A stretch of 64,000 nt of DNA from the NCBI RefSeq assembly GCF_003704095.1, contig NW_020846105.1, positions 124,001-188,000 on the forward strand, written 5' to 3'. A model generated the notes under the pieces. It searched no databases and was not told the DNA's origin. It worked only from the letters and a program-made list of their open reading frames with translations. The stretch is from Pocillopora damicornis. Lineage: Eukaryota. The translations under genes were made by a program, and so were the position numbers. Below, piece after piece: positions 38,309 through 50,840 of this stretch (positions are counted from its first letter, which is position 1; the number at the start of each line of letters is the position of its first letter).

Positions 38309-40250
38309 ACAAAATAATGTATTCCACTTTAATCTTTGTTAGAGTGATGTTGAATATTTGTACAGAATTCTTGTCTTCACAATGTTACCAACAACTTGTC
38401 AAGTTTCAATGTATGTACTTGAAAAAAGAAAAGTAACCTTTTTTTTAAAGAGGCAGTAGTATTTGAAACTGGTCTGTGCAACCAGTAAGTGTAACACCTG
38501 TTCTTTTCTTAGCTGTCATTCAGTTGGAATGGGTTTGTGCATTGCATTTGCTTTATAATAAAATTTAAGCTAAAGGATTAACATTAATTTTGAAACTTCA
38601 GCTTTAGGGCCTCTCTACAGCAGCCAATTTACATTATCAACTCAGTTGACTAAATCAAAGTAAATGAATGGAATGTTAAGAAACTCACATGCAAATTTGA
38701 AACTACCAGTAACCCAGAAAATCATCAGACTGATGCTTGTTGCTTTCTTTAATTGTTTAGTGGTTAATGAAACTTTTGGGCCAGTCTTTGTCACCCCCTT
38801 GTACTCCTCTCCCCACCATTCTCTCCTCTATCTTTACTCCACTGTTACAAAAGTGTGGAGACTGGGGCTTGTGGCTGGGTGATAAAGACTCCCATAAGTC
38901 CATCCAAGGAGAGCTGTAAACGTAATTTGGGGTTTTATAACTTACTGGGGCTCCATATTTACAACAGAGCAAAGTTATTGTGCTATTGTTTTCTAAGCAG
39001 AACTTTAGTCTTTTGTCTCTTGCTCAAAGCTGTTGCGTCCTTTTTTAAAGGCAATTTTTGACATCACAAAAAGAAAACAATGCAGTAGATACAGTATAAA
39101 CATCTTGAAGATGCTACACTTGGTAACACAATTTCAATGTCCACTGCTAAATAACATTGTTAAATGAATAGTTGGATCTTTTGCCACTGGTAACTTATAA
39201 CTTAGCAGAGTTGTGTATAGTGGCAAGAAAAGTCTGCAAATAAAATCTGCATTATAAGATGTCTGATGTGTGATAACTTATTTCTGTATACCTTGTAAGT
39301 CTTACTCAATGTTACTCTGTTCAACCAATGAACAGAACAGAGCCAAGCAAGTTTATTGATGGATCAGAACTCTTCATTCACTACTGGCAAACACCACTTT
39401 AGAGAGCGGAAATATTAAAGGATGTGGCACCACATGACACCAAAACAATGGAAGTTTCTTTATTGCTGTAACCCTTATGTAGTGTTGTACCAAATTGAAA
39501 AACAATCGACACATTGCAAGGTGGGAAGACTTTTGCAAAAAGGTACCTATCATGATTCAGACTAGTGATGATCACATCAACCAGGTTGATTATAAAAATT
39601 GCAGGTGTCAGCTTGAAAAACCTTCTATAGTGGCCAGTTACTTTATCATCTCAGCTGATAAAACCAAATTATCTTGAATGCCCCCAGTGATGCAACACCT
39701 CAGTTTGTTTAGAATGTACCCCCTTTATTCATTTGGTGATGACTAACATTTCAGTCCAGCTCTCTGAACAACTTAAACCAATGTTGCCTCTACTGAGCTA
39801 GTGGTAAGTGAATACACACAAATGAGTGGGTAAGTACCAGGGTTTCTGCAACTAAGCCCCCTCTTTCAGTCATCCCCCCAAACAAATTGCCTTGAACAAG
39901 CAAATGTCATTACCATGTAGGGAAGACAGAATACCTTCCATGGGTGGAAAACAAAGATTTGGCCACACAGTTTGTTAACTCCTACAAATAAATATGCCTC
40001 CTTAAATAACATGTTCATTATGTCATATGTTTCTCTTTAAAGGTTAGAATTTTCAACTCTAACTGACATGTACAATTAGCTGTAGACCATAACACTCTAT
40101 TCTAACAAATTTATGTTCCTCAATGGTTTATAAAGCTTAATAAGCCTTGAACTCCTAGGAAAATACTTATCTTATTTTATTGATTTTATTTAGATTATAA
40201 AAGTAACAGTTCATACTGACACTCTCAAATGGCACTATAAATTTCTACAA

Positions 40251-43200
40251 TCAGACATTTATCTGTTTCTGCCTGATCAAAATTGCATTACGGTGAGCAT
40301 CAAGTTTCTCCACAGCGGCAAGTGTTGCCACTGCTGGTCCAATGTTAGCCAAACCCTCCTCTGTTACATGCTGGGCTGTGATGTGTTTCTGGAATGATGC
40401 TGTTGATACACCACTGTACATGCGTGCATAGCCATATGTTGGAAGGGTGTGGTTTGTACCACTTGCATAGTCTCCACAACTCTCTGAAGAATATGGCCCA
40501 AGAAATACAGACCCTGCATTCTGTATATCTTTTAAAGAATCTTCAGCATTCTAGAAAGCAAACAAATTATATGATATTAAAACAATTTAAAGGGAAAAAA
40601 ATTATTTCAGCAAGGTTGTGATTGTTAATTTAATTTTTTCCCCTCCTCTATATGATATAAGCTTCTTCAAACTTCTCTTATTGCCTGTTGACCCTTTACC
40701 CCACAAGAGTGATAAGGATCTAATTTCTCCCAACAGTGTCAGGAAATGAAACAGAGAATGAAGGAAATGATTGCAAACTCAAGAAGCTCCCAATTGTCAG
40801 GCAAACTCTCCCTACTATATTACAGGAAATGTATAGAGAAGAGTTTGGAGAATATGCACACTAATTTTAGGGTGTAGAGGGTTAAGTTAGATTTAAACAT
40901 ACAAAGCACATGAGTCACACAGGACAGGAAGAAGCCCTTACGCCTCTTATTATGCCTTTTAATATGTTTGCAACTCTAAGCTTCAAAGCAGTTCTCCATG
41001 ATTAAATCTTATACCACGGTATGTTTGTACAACTGGTGGGCTCATACACTTGGAACAACATTCAAAGTATCTTGCCCATTAGCAAACCTTTGTGTTAATG
41101 ATGAGATGTTCTGGAGCATATTTGTTACTGAAGCACAGAGCCTGACTCATATTTGACACTTTTATTACAAAACTCTTTGAGAGAGACTCTCTGACAATTT
41201 TTTCCCGAGGCAGTTTCTTTGCTTGAGCATCCACTTGACTCTAAAAAATTATGAAAAAATAAACTATATATTAATGAGGCACCAATTAAATATCTTGTGA
41301 AGACTACATTTTTTTTGCCAAAACAAATCCATGTTTTGCTCTTTCACTTAATAACCACCTAAAGGCAAATTAACCCTTGAACTAGAAAAAGTGATTTACA
41401 TGTAACGTCTCCCTAAAATATCCATACATTATCCAGCAAACAAATAATCTGAATACTCAAACTTATCAGGTAAAAATAAAAATATAATCTGTCACCTGAA
41501 TCATGGCAAGCTGGTTGTCACTCAAATTAACAGCTACCAACACCACTTGACTGTCTGTTCCATGCTCTGCCTGGGACAACAGATCAGCTGCCACAAATGA
41601 GGGATCTGCAATTGCATCAGCAATGACCTGTTGATTACAGAAGAACAAGAAAGATATATAAAAAACTGAAGCAAAGATGCATGGAGTACCCAGGATACAA
41701 AACAAAGTGATATAATGATTGTACCATTACTAATGGCACCAGAGAAAGACAAGATACTGAGTGTTTTGCACCCAAGGATGGGGGTAGAGATCTACTGTGG
41801 GTGTGACATGCACACCAACCCCCATCACTGCTACCCAAATGAGAAACTAGTTAATATTTAGAATAATTATAAGTGTAGTTGAACAAAAAAATATTACAGT
41901 GTGCTTCTACATTCATGATGACAGTGTATGACACCATTGAAAAGCCCTGCTTGGGTCCCTAAGAAACAGTGACCAACCCTTTGGGCCTTAGGGTTAGGCT
42001 TTAGTTTATAGATATATTTAATATATCTGACATATCCTTTTTTGGATTCAAGATAACAGAACTCCAATGGATTCTTTTTCACTTAGAGTTACTAAGTAAC
42101 TAATATTGATTTTACACACCATAACTTCTGATGGTCCTGCAGGCATATCAATACTGACACAAGCTGAGCTATCATTTTGCACCAACATTTTGGCCATAGT
42201 TACAAATGAGTTCCCTGGACCACACAGTTTGTCCACTTTAGGAACACTTTCTGTTCCATAAGCCATTGCTGCCACCGCTTGAGCCCCACCTGACTCAAAA
42301 ATAAAAATCCTTTGGTACTGAGCTCAATTACTTAAAAAAAAGAGTAAAATTCAAAGGTTCAATTTTTTCCTCAAAAAAATTTAGAATCTCAATGAACCTG
42401 AAGCATTCAGGTTTATTGCATTCAACAATAGGATAACACAAACACCTGATCAAATGCAACCTCTGATACTGTTTTCTTTCCATGACCAATAATTTCAGTA
42501 CCTGCTAGTAATATTTTGGAGATGCCAACTTTCTTTGCAATGTAAAGGATTTCAAGAGAAACTGAACCATCTTGCTTGGGTGGGGTGGCCAGAATAACCT
42601 CTTTGCACCCTGCTACCTGGGCTGGAATACCCAGCATAAGAGCAGTTGATGGCAAAACAGCACTACCACCAGGAACATACAAGCCAACCTGCAACAAACA
42701 AATTTCAAACAAGAGCTATTAACCAGCAAACTATGAAGGGATTGGCAGTGCATGACCCTTAACAGACCTCCAAATAAATCAAAAACAAATTGAAGAAGAC
42801 TTCTGTTTGAGTTGAAATAAGAGGAAAGAACTTCCAGAAAAACAAGATCCCCTTGACTGATATCAGATGGAATACAATTGATTTATTGTTCATTCAGCAA
42901 TGCTGAACTGCTATAAATACCATGAGCACACCATACTAGCTTATTTAACCACAAGATGGAATTTTGAAGTGTTTACTCACTCTTTCAATGGGTCGAACAT
43001 GTCGAGAGCACACCACACCCTTGCATGTTTCTACCACAAGAGGCTCCAGGTCAAGTTGTGCCTTATGGAATTTGTAGATGTTGTTGTAAGCCAAATCAAT
43101 TGCATCTTTGACCTCCTTATCAAGAACTGGTTCATCTGTGGCAGACATGTTGATCACAGGGCTGCTCAGCTTAGCTTTATCAAACCTTTCTGTTAATTCT

Positions 43201-45559
43201 AGCAAAGCCTTGTCTCCATAAGTTCGCACATTGGTCAAAATCGGTCCCACAATAGCTTCTAGTTTCTCTTTGTCAACCACTGCAGGACGTTTACAAAGAT
43301 CTTGTAATTCCTTATAATTAAGAAGCTCAAAATCAAAGCTTCTTAAAACAGAGTTTTGTGCACTGACTGTAGATGAGTTAGCTTGGGCAGGAGCATGTAC
43401 TTTTGTCTTGGTTATAGAATGGCCATTACGGGGAGACAATTTGCCAGGTTTTGCATTACCAGGACGTCGTCTAACCTTGAGTGACCTTTGATCCAGAACT
43501 TTTTCAATATCACTCAGAGAAACTCCTAAGAAAAAGGAATGTAACAACAAAATCTGATTTTCTATTTCAAACAAATACAAAGCTCTAAAATAAGTCATTG
43601 CTTTGCTCAACACTTTTATCATCATCATTACTATCATCATAATAGTTTCTTTACTTCATGGGTAGACTTCCCTCTCTTAAACCAGCAATTCCCCCAATGT
43701 CTTAAAACTGTCTCCCTGCCCCCCCTCCAGATATCTGTTTCTCTCTGACATTGACAATCCATAAAAATGTACCCAGCAGACAATCATTGTCACTCATCTT
43801 CCCCTTCCCTAAACACAGCTTTTACTCACCTGCCTTGGCACATTTCACTAGTGTGAAATACAAAACATCAGCTGCTTCCCAAGTAATCTCCTCTTTTGTT
43901 TCAGATTCACACAATTCCTCTGCCTCTTCACGGATCTTGGCATGCAGCAGTTTACTGTCATTGTACAAGCGACTTGTGTAGGATCCTGGAGGAGCTGACT
44001 CTTTGCGGGACTTTAATGTATTCATCAGTAATGGTAAACCATTGTTATCTCCAAAGCAAGTCCATGTGTTAAGGTGGCAGAATCCTTGTCCAAGCTGACG
44101 TACAACAAACTTCAGGGTATCACAATCACAGTCTAAATGAATTTGCAATAAATCCTGCAAACAAAATTTTATTTGAAAATTCAATCCTTAAGCTCAGACA
44201 AGACAAAGATTCTTTGTGTTAGAAAAAGAGAGTTAGCTCCAAAGTTTGCTTTTTCCAAAATCCAAAAAGTAGACTTTAAGGGCAAGAGCTTGCTTTCTTC
44301 ACCAACTCAGACTTAGACATCATTTTTTTTCATACTCAAGAATTTACCTGTTGGTTTCCAGATGTTTCCCCTTTCCTCCATAATCCTCTTTTTCTTGAAA
44401 AATACACCCCTTTCTTGGTTTTCACTGCTTCTTGAATACTCTCAGAACTTGAATAACACAATCCTAATGCAATATTATGCTCATCTGTCTGAGAATGACA
44501 ACAAAAAAGTGTGCAGTTTAATAAAAATTAAAGAAAAAAAACTGAGTTATGTTTCACATTGAGTCCCACACCTCTGCCTCATCAGATTCAGACTCTATCA
44601 TGCATCTGACATCTTATCTTACTTTCTGTACCTTATCAGCTCCTTCAAAACATACCACCCCCTCCCTTCTCTCTCCAAGCCACCTCCTCCCTCAACAAGC
44701 ACTGGTTGAAATCAATGAGGGGTGTGCACAGGGTTTTACTATGAGAAGTGGTGGGGAAAGGATCCTTAACTAGCATCTTACCTGCATTTGGTGGCATTTC
44801 AAGTTGTTCTACCATAGTAAATCATTACCTTTTCTGGACATGCACCTTAAAACCTCCCACAACTGACCCATGTCATATACATAAGAGACTTACCACAAGA
44901 GTTGGGTAGAGTCCATCAGATCGGTCACTTTTAAGACAGGATGCGATAATCTCTCCAAGACTGAGATCATTTAGCAACCAAGTTGTACTTAGTTGAACCT
45001 GAACTCCGAGGAAGTGAAGCTGTGAGATGGTTGAGGACAAAATCACCCCATCGATTGATAGTATGAGTTTCACATCGTCACACAGGTGGGTCTTTAGTTC
45101 CTTTATAGACTCGACAAGGCATGATTCATCAGCAAGGGAAGCTTTTTTAGGACACAAAAGAAAAGTGCTAGATCTGTGTTTTAGGTCATTGATTTCTTCG
45201 GCCAACTCAGCTACAGAGTACTCTTGATCAGGTAATTTGCAGACAATCCTTTCTCTGGGTAAAAATTCTCCCAGGCTATGCAGTTGGTGATCTTTGTTAA
45301 GGATGACACTGTTAGCACCAGAATCCAGTATATCTAAGACCTCGTCTTCAGAATTCAGTTCAATTTCTACGCAACAAGAGGTCCTATGCATAACTTTCTT
45401 TCCAAATTCTTTTGTCTCCTGGACTTTATCAAGATAAACGATGGTAAACTCTGGGCACAAAGAAATTGTATCGAGGCAGCCTGTTACATCTTCAATTTTT
45501 TCCCCATCCTTTGGATCCACTAGAGTCCCTCCTTTCAGATATACACTTGGGATTATCAT
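40251..45559 (-). CDS. HIS4: Histidine biosynthesis trifunctional protein (PR-AMP cyclohydrolase / PR-ATP pyrophosphohydrolase / histidinol dehydrogenase; fungal HIS4-type HisI-HisE-HisD fusion)
   Basis: Nine in-phase exons: 44894-45559, 44348-44488 (ALGLCYSS...[18 protein letters not shown]), 43830-44154 ([15 protein letters not shown]; [24 protein letters not shown]), 42981-43525, ~42502-42688 (VGLYVPGG), ~42120-42289 ([18 protein letters not shown]), ~41496-41627 (DLLSQAEHG), ~41088-41240 (YAPEHL), 40251-40550 ([17 protein letters not shown]; stop TGA). Confidence 0.95.
40688..40885. mobile_element. Family B-related MITE in the last intron of the HIS4-like gene
   Basis: ttgaccctttaccccacaagagtga ... 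ggtgtagagggttaa terminal inverted repeats. More degenerate relatives at ~25069-25250, ~25630-25818 and ~41370-41470. Confidence 0.55.
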
Positions 45560-45699
45560 TTTGAACGTGCTGAATTTTTGAAAATAAAAATATTAAAGTG
45601 GAAATCATCACGTGGAGGGCCGAAAATGGGACCACATTTAATACATCAGCGGTTTCATCGCAAAGCTCATGCCCCTTCCACGCATGCACGAAAATCAAA
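45560..45699. promoter_or_regulatory. Compact bidirectional promoter between the HIS4-like and YIPF1 start codons
   Basis: Divergent ATGs at 45559 (-) and 45700 (+), 140 bp apart. CpG-containing; E-box TCACGTGG at 45608-45615. Confidence 0.65.
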
Positions 45700-48600
45700 A
45701 TGGCGGAGAGTGATGATGAAGTCGGCCTTGTTGACGTGAAGGTAAAACAGCTTATTTCCCAACCTTTCATTAATTAGACTTCACAAATAAAATAAATTAA
45801 TTATTTTCTTACGAAACTCTTCGTTAGCGGTATTAAATAAAAAGTATATTTAAATTCAGCAAAACCTGATCTAATGTATTTTCCATGCTGCCCAATGCAA
45901 GCTATACGCTATGGAGCTTTACATTTTCTTGAATTACTCCTGGAATATCCCTTGCCTTAAGTTCATTTTCATTGAATTAAAGCGACGGTGGTAGTCAAAA
46001 AGTTTGTATGTGTTTAGCTTTGAATGGATTCAGCCTCGGTCACAAAACCTGAATCAAATCAGTGATCTGTGGCTTTTAGGGCACGATTTAAATACTAATT
46101 ACTGAGTTTTGAACAGAGGAAGCTTTCGTTCTTATTTATTTTTTTTTTAATAAAAAAGAATCACAATTCGATATTTATTCGGAAACAATGCTTGAGCCAA
46201 AAGTTTTGGATGTAAACTGTGCAATTAGCATATTAATGAATTAATTTTTAGATGGAGGATGGAGGAGGAGCTGGTGAAGACTTCACATTCCAAGGTTTGA
46301 AATTAAATTTGATAAGGTGAAAAAATATCAAAACACAATAATCAAAATAATTTGAAAATTATTGGCCTGTGCAGTATCATTTTCATTACCTTTATTAATG
46401 AGTCATTTGCATTTGTGATGCTGAGCAAATTAATCATGCCCTTACAAACACATTATTATTTTTTGTGCAATTTGTGGCTGGAGTTAACCAGAGGCCTTTT
46501 TCTTTCAGATTTTACTAGAGGAGATGACATAAATAATCTTAACACTGTTGGTAATATTGGTGAAGAACCTGGAAGAACGATCCCTGCTAATTTGAAAACA
46601 CAATCACTGGAAGACTTCTCTGATGGTAGTCCTTTAATACATATTCTGTTCAAATTAAGAATAGTAACAGATCAATGCATAGCAACTCTCTCTTGTGCAT
46701 CTGTGGATCAGATTGTGTATAGTTCAAGATAGGAATCTTTATTTGATTTGTGATTGGTTAACTTCATCACCAGAAGAAAACCAGCTGTGTAAAGCTGAAT
46801 TTTAAAAATAAAAATTGGGAGTGACTACATATAGTAATGATAAGAATGAAGGTTCTTTTATGACTGCATTATCCTTCTCTGCTATAAAATTAAGAGGTTG
46901 CAGAATCATTCTTTTAATTTGCTGTTTTCTTCACTTGCAGATGATGAAGAAGATAAAACAGAGGTTTGCATAGCTTAGTTTAATTTCATGCTGCTTGTTA
47001 ACGTCATAACTTGACTCTAGTTTTGCAGTTATACTGGTTTTAATTATATTAATTAGTGTTTTTAGCTTTTAGCTGGGCAGCGAAAACAACCACCTTTCTG
47101 GACATTTGAATATTACCAAACCTTTTTTGATGTGGACACATACCAAGTAAGATTATTACATATTGAAGCCATGAAATTTTAAATGATACTAACAGTGTTT
47201 TGCCTTTAATTTTGTTTTTGAAGAAGTTTGCATAAAATGAACTGTTTTCAATGAAATTGAGAGATTGATTTTCACCTCTGAAACATTCAAGTTCTTCCTG
47301 GATTGTTCTGTGGTTCTCTAGGCCTCCTAAACCAACATAACTTTTTTTGTTTTTAAGGTCCTTAGGAGGATTATAGGATCAATGGTACCAGTCTACAAGA
47401 AAAACTACCTTGTGTCTTTTATTCGTCCAAATCCTGATCTTTATGGTAGAGTATAAATGTCATTGTATCTATCATTTTTTTTAACAGTACAGGATATATT
47501 TAAAAGGTATGTTTTGAAAATTACTTCAATTATTGACATTGCTTAAATTTTAGGTCCCTTCTGGGTGTGTGCAACACTTGTATTTACAACAGCAATATCT
47601 GGTAACCTGGCAAGCTATCTGATCAACAGTGGAGACCATGAATGGGTGTATGATTTCCACAAAGGTAAAATTCCATGTGAAATATTTCTCTATTCGTATC
47701 ACCTGTTCCATGGATGTAGAGAATCTTCTAGCCTTTCTTAACACGTAAGCCTTTTTATAAAACTATTGTCAGTAATTACTACTATCACATTTTCATCCAT
47801 GACAGTCACTCTGGCTGCAGCAGCCATATACACATATGCCTTCCTGGTACCAACAGCTCTTTGGGGAGTTCTTCTTTGGAGAAGAAGCAATGCAGGATAT
47901 TCCTTTCTAGAAATACTCTGTGTTTATGGTTATTCCTTGTCCATCTATGTCCCAATATCAGTAAGTTGTGAGAGATGAATGAAATATATTAGATAAAGAA
48001 ATAAATGGATAAGAAGACCTCTCCAAAAATTCTCAACTCTTTCACTCCCAAGATCTTGAGTCACTTATCTTTCTGCAATAATCACTTATACTGCCATTCT
48101 GAGAATTTTTTTTGTTTCAGTGAACAATCTTCAGATTTCCGTGGATAGATTCTCTTTGTGTATGTTAAGGAGAGATGTATTTCATGTTGGACAACTGACA
48201 GACTGACTGGCTGTTCAAAATATTTCTACAGTGAATAATATTAATATTGTTTCCCCTCAGGTGTTATGGGTTGTCCCATTGGAATGGTTAAGATGGCTTC
48301 TTGTTATGATAGCAATGATTCTCTCAGGTAAGGAAAAAACTAAGACATAGTGTTTTAAATGAAACAATTTTTTTCCTTTAAGGCAACTTTGTAATAGCCA
48401 CTGTGACAATTTTACAGGTGCTGTGCTATTGTTAACATTTTGGCCGGCGGTTGAAGATGATGACAAAAAGGTATGAAGCTGTGAGGAAACTTGCAACTCA
48501 GTTTCTGTCATTAGCCTTTTATTTATTTCTGTTTTGTCTGCATTTTCTGGTTCAAGAGCTGGATCGTTAACTAAGATTTTTTTCAAATCTGCTTCATTCA

Positions 48601-48881
48601 GGTAGCTGGGATTCTTCTTGCAGTCATATTTCTCCTTCATGGCCTTTTGGCTGTTGGATTTAAGGTATGATATTTTTATTCATTGCATTGGGGTTCTGAG
48701 TTGATTTTTTTTGTTAAAGAGAATCATTTTTGAGTAGGTCAATTAGGTATCTGTTTCCTTTTCATTTGAATGTAGACCATCATACTAAACTTTCTTTTGT
48801 TTGTAGTTGTATTTCTTCCATGCTCCACCTGAACCAGCCCCACAGGTGACACCAACACAAGCAAACAGAACAACGACATGA
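45700..48881 (+). CDS. YIPF1: Yip1 domain family protein (YIPF1/YIPF2 type)
   Basis: Twelve small exons giving MAESDDEV...LLAGQRKQPPFWTFEYYQTFFDVDTYQV...RPNPDLYGPFWVCATLVF...CVYGYSL.IYVP...LHGLLAVGFKLYFF. Stop TGA 48879-48881. Confidence 0.92.
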
Positions 48882-50799
48882 GGTTATCATCATCTTTAAT
48901 ATTCATTGATTAGTATTTGAAGACAGAGACAATAATTGTAATAATTGTATTGATGACATTAGTAGTAGCAGTAGTCATAGCAGTTGTTTTAGTAAAAACC
49001 AATTTATAAATGCACTCATAACCTAGCAAAACATATGATCCTCAGCTCTGGTAATAATTGTCTTATACACATGTTTTAACAAATATCCCACCTTTCTTGT
49101 TTTACTTTTCCTATAATCTCTAAGGATTGTTTGGTAGTATTCTCATATCTTTTATAAGGTTATGTTTGAAGACTATTTAGCAGTTAACCCCTCTAATTAT
49201 CTGATCTCTGCATGCATTGCCTTTTCTAAATTTATATCTTTCTTTCCCATTTAGAGGAGAAGGAAAGGTAAAGAGTATTTGAATGCAGAGATGTTGAATA
49301 GAAGAAATTTACTAGCTAGAAACTCATCACCCAGATTGTTACTGAATTCTTGGTTGCCTAGCAGCAGTGAATGTATTCTTCATTCATGGATTTTAGAGCT
49401 TTAAAAGTTCATAAGTCATGGTTGTAAAAATGTGATATTATTTATGAGGTTTGTTAAAAATTATACTAAAACAAGCAATGGCTGCTTATTGCAGTTCACA
49501 GCTTGCTTATAGCAGAATTGTTGGGTGTCTAAAGGCTGTTGTTCAAGAGGGTAAGATACCCAGCCATTTAAGTCTTTATGAGACAAATTTTTATAACCTG
49601 GCCAAAAAAAAAAAAGGCTTAGCTATTGTTTCTAACTGTTTATGTAAAAAAATCTTCTGTTGCTCTTTCAGTCCCGTTAGTCTAAGGGCCACCCTAAACT
49701 TTAAGGGTGATTTAGTCTGTGCTCCCTAGAAAACTTGTTCTTCATTTAGTAATATCCTTTTTTTATGGAATAATTCTATTGAGCTGTGAATGTATTAAAA
49801 TTTTATATATACTGTTGAACTACTCAAGGTTAATGTACCCTTTACAATGTTCTTTTAGGTGGGAGTTGTTTAAAAATTGGTGGTACAATGAGGAGAAATA
49901 AATATGAAAACCCAAAAGCTGGAGTCATTATTGCTCTTGGAGGGATTAGTTCCTCAGCCATTGCTGGCTAAAAAGCTTTCTTGTAAGTAAGACCAGAACA
50001 AGGGAAAGATGAGAGAAAGAAGAAGCAAAGGAATAGAAGACTTTGTGTAGCTTTCTTTTTCTCCATTTTAATCTTGATACTACAGTGAATTCTTCAACCT
50101 ATGCTGGTTGAGACAACTGTTCAACAGGCAAATGAGCAAACTTCCTTCATATGATAATAAATGCACATGATTCATCAAATCAGAGGTAAATATTGAGTCT
50201 TGTTTGCTGACCCATGGCTACCAATTACTTGACTAACTGAGAATATGCATGGTTCTTAAAACGTTGCTGAAATAAACAAACTTTCCTACACCTTCACTTA
50301 ACTCTAAGATTTTGATGTTGCTAGTTTAATGTTTACACTTAAAGTTTTTGTGTGTAGCCTCCAGGAGATAAATGGGATCATTGTTTGACTTCTTCTGTAA
50401 GTGCCACTTTAAATTGAAATTAACCTCTACCCTAAAGGTGTTAACTAAGAAAAAGAAGGCTTTGAATTTAATTATAGCCTTATTTACATTAATACACAAA
50501 GATATTTTAACCAGCATTTCCCTAACAACACGCTGCTGGGAAAGAATAAATCTTTTTATCATAAACACAATATCTCGGAGACAGATGTTGGTGTTTCTTT
50601 TGAGCTTGAATTAATTAAAGCACTAACAAGGATCATGGTGATTTATTTACCTGTATCCAACATCTTTCAGAAACTTAATTATCTTATTTTGAAATCAAAA
50701 TTAAAATTTCACAAGTTATGCTGTTGCGAAAAACAAAAGGATTTTTTTGTGACCTATTACCGCTTTTCAATGGTATCCAACAGTCTATTATTTTGCGTA

Positions 50800-50840
50800 C
50801 AGCCAATGACAACTTATTGGCTCAGAAATGGACCAATCAG
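50800..50840 (+). promoter_or_regulatory. Triple CCAAT (NF-Y) box cluster, likely promoter of the coiled-coil gene
   Basis: AGCCAATGA at 50801-50809, reverse ATTGGCT at 50816-50822, GACCAATCAG at 50831-50840. The cluster sits at the start of a CpG-rich region and ahead of a GTGAGT donor near 51064. Confidence 0.55.

Noticed and set aside
40251-45559. HIS4-like gene as fungal, bacterial or symbiont contamination
   Set aside because: It has eight introns of the same style as its neighbours, contains a host repeat, and is contiguous without gaps with FARSA and YIPF1.
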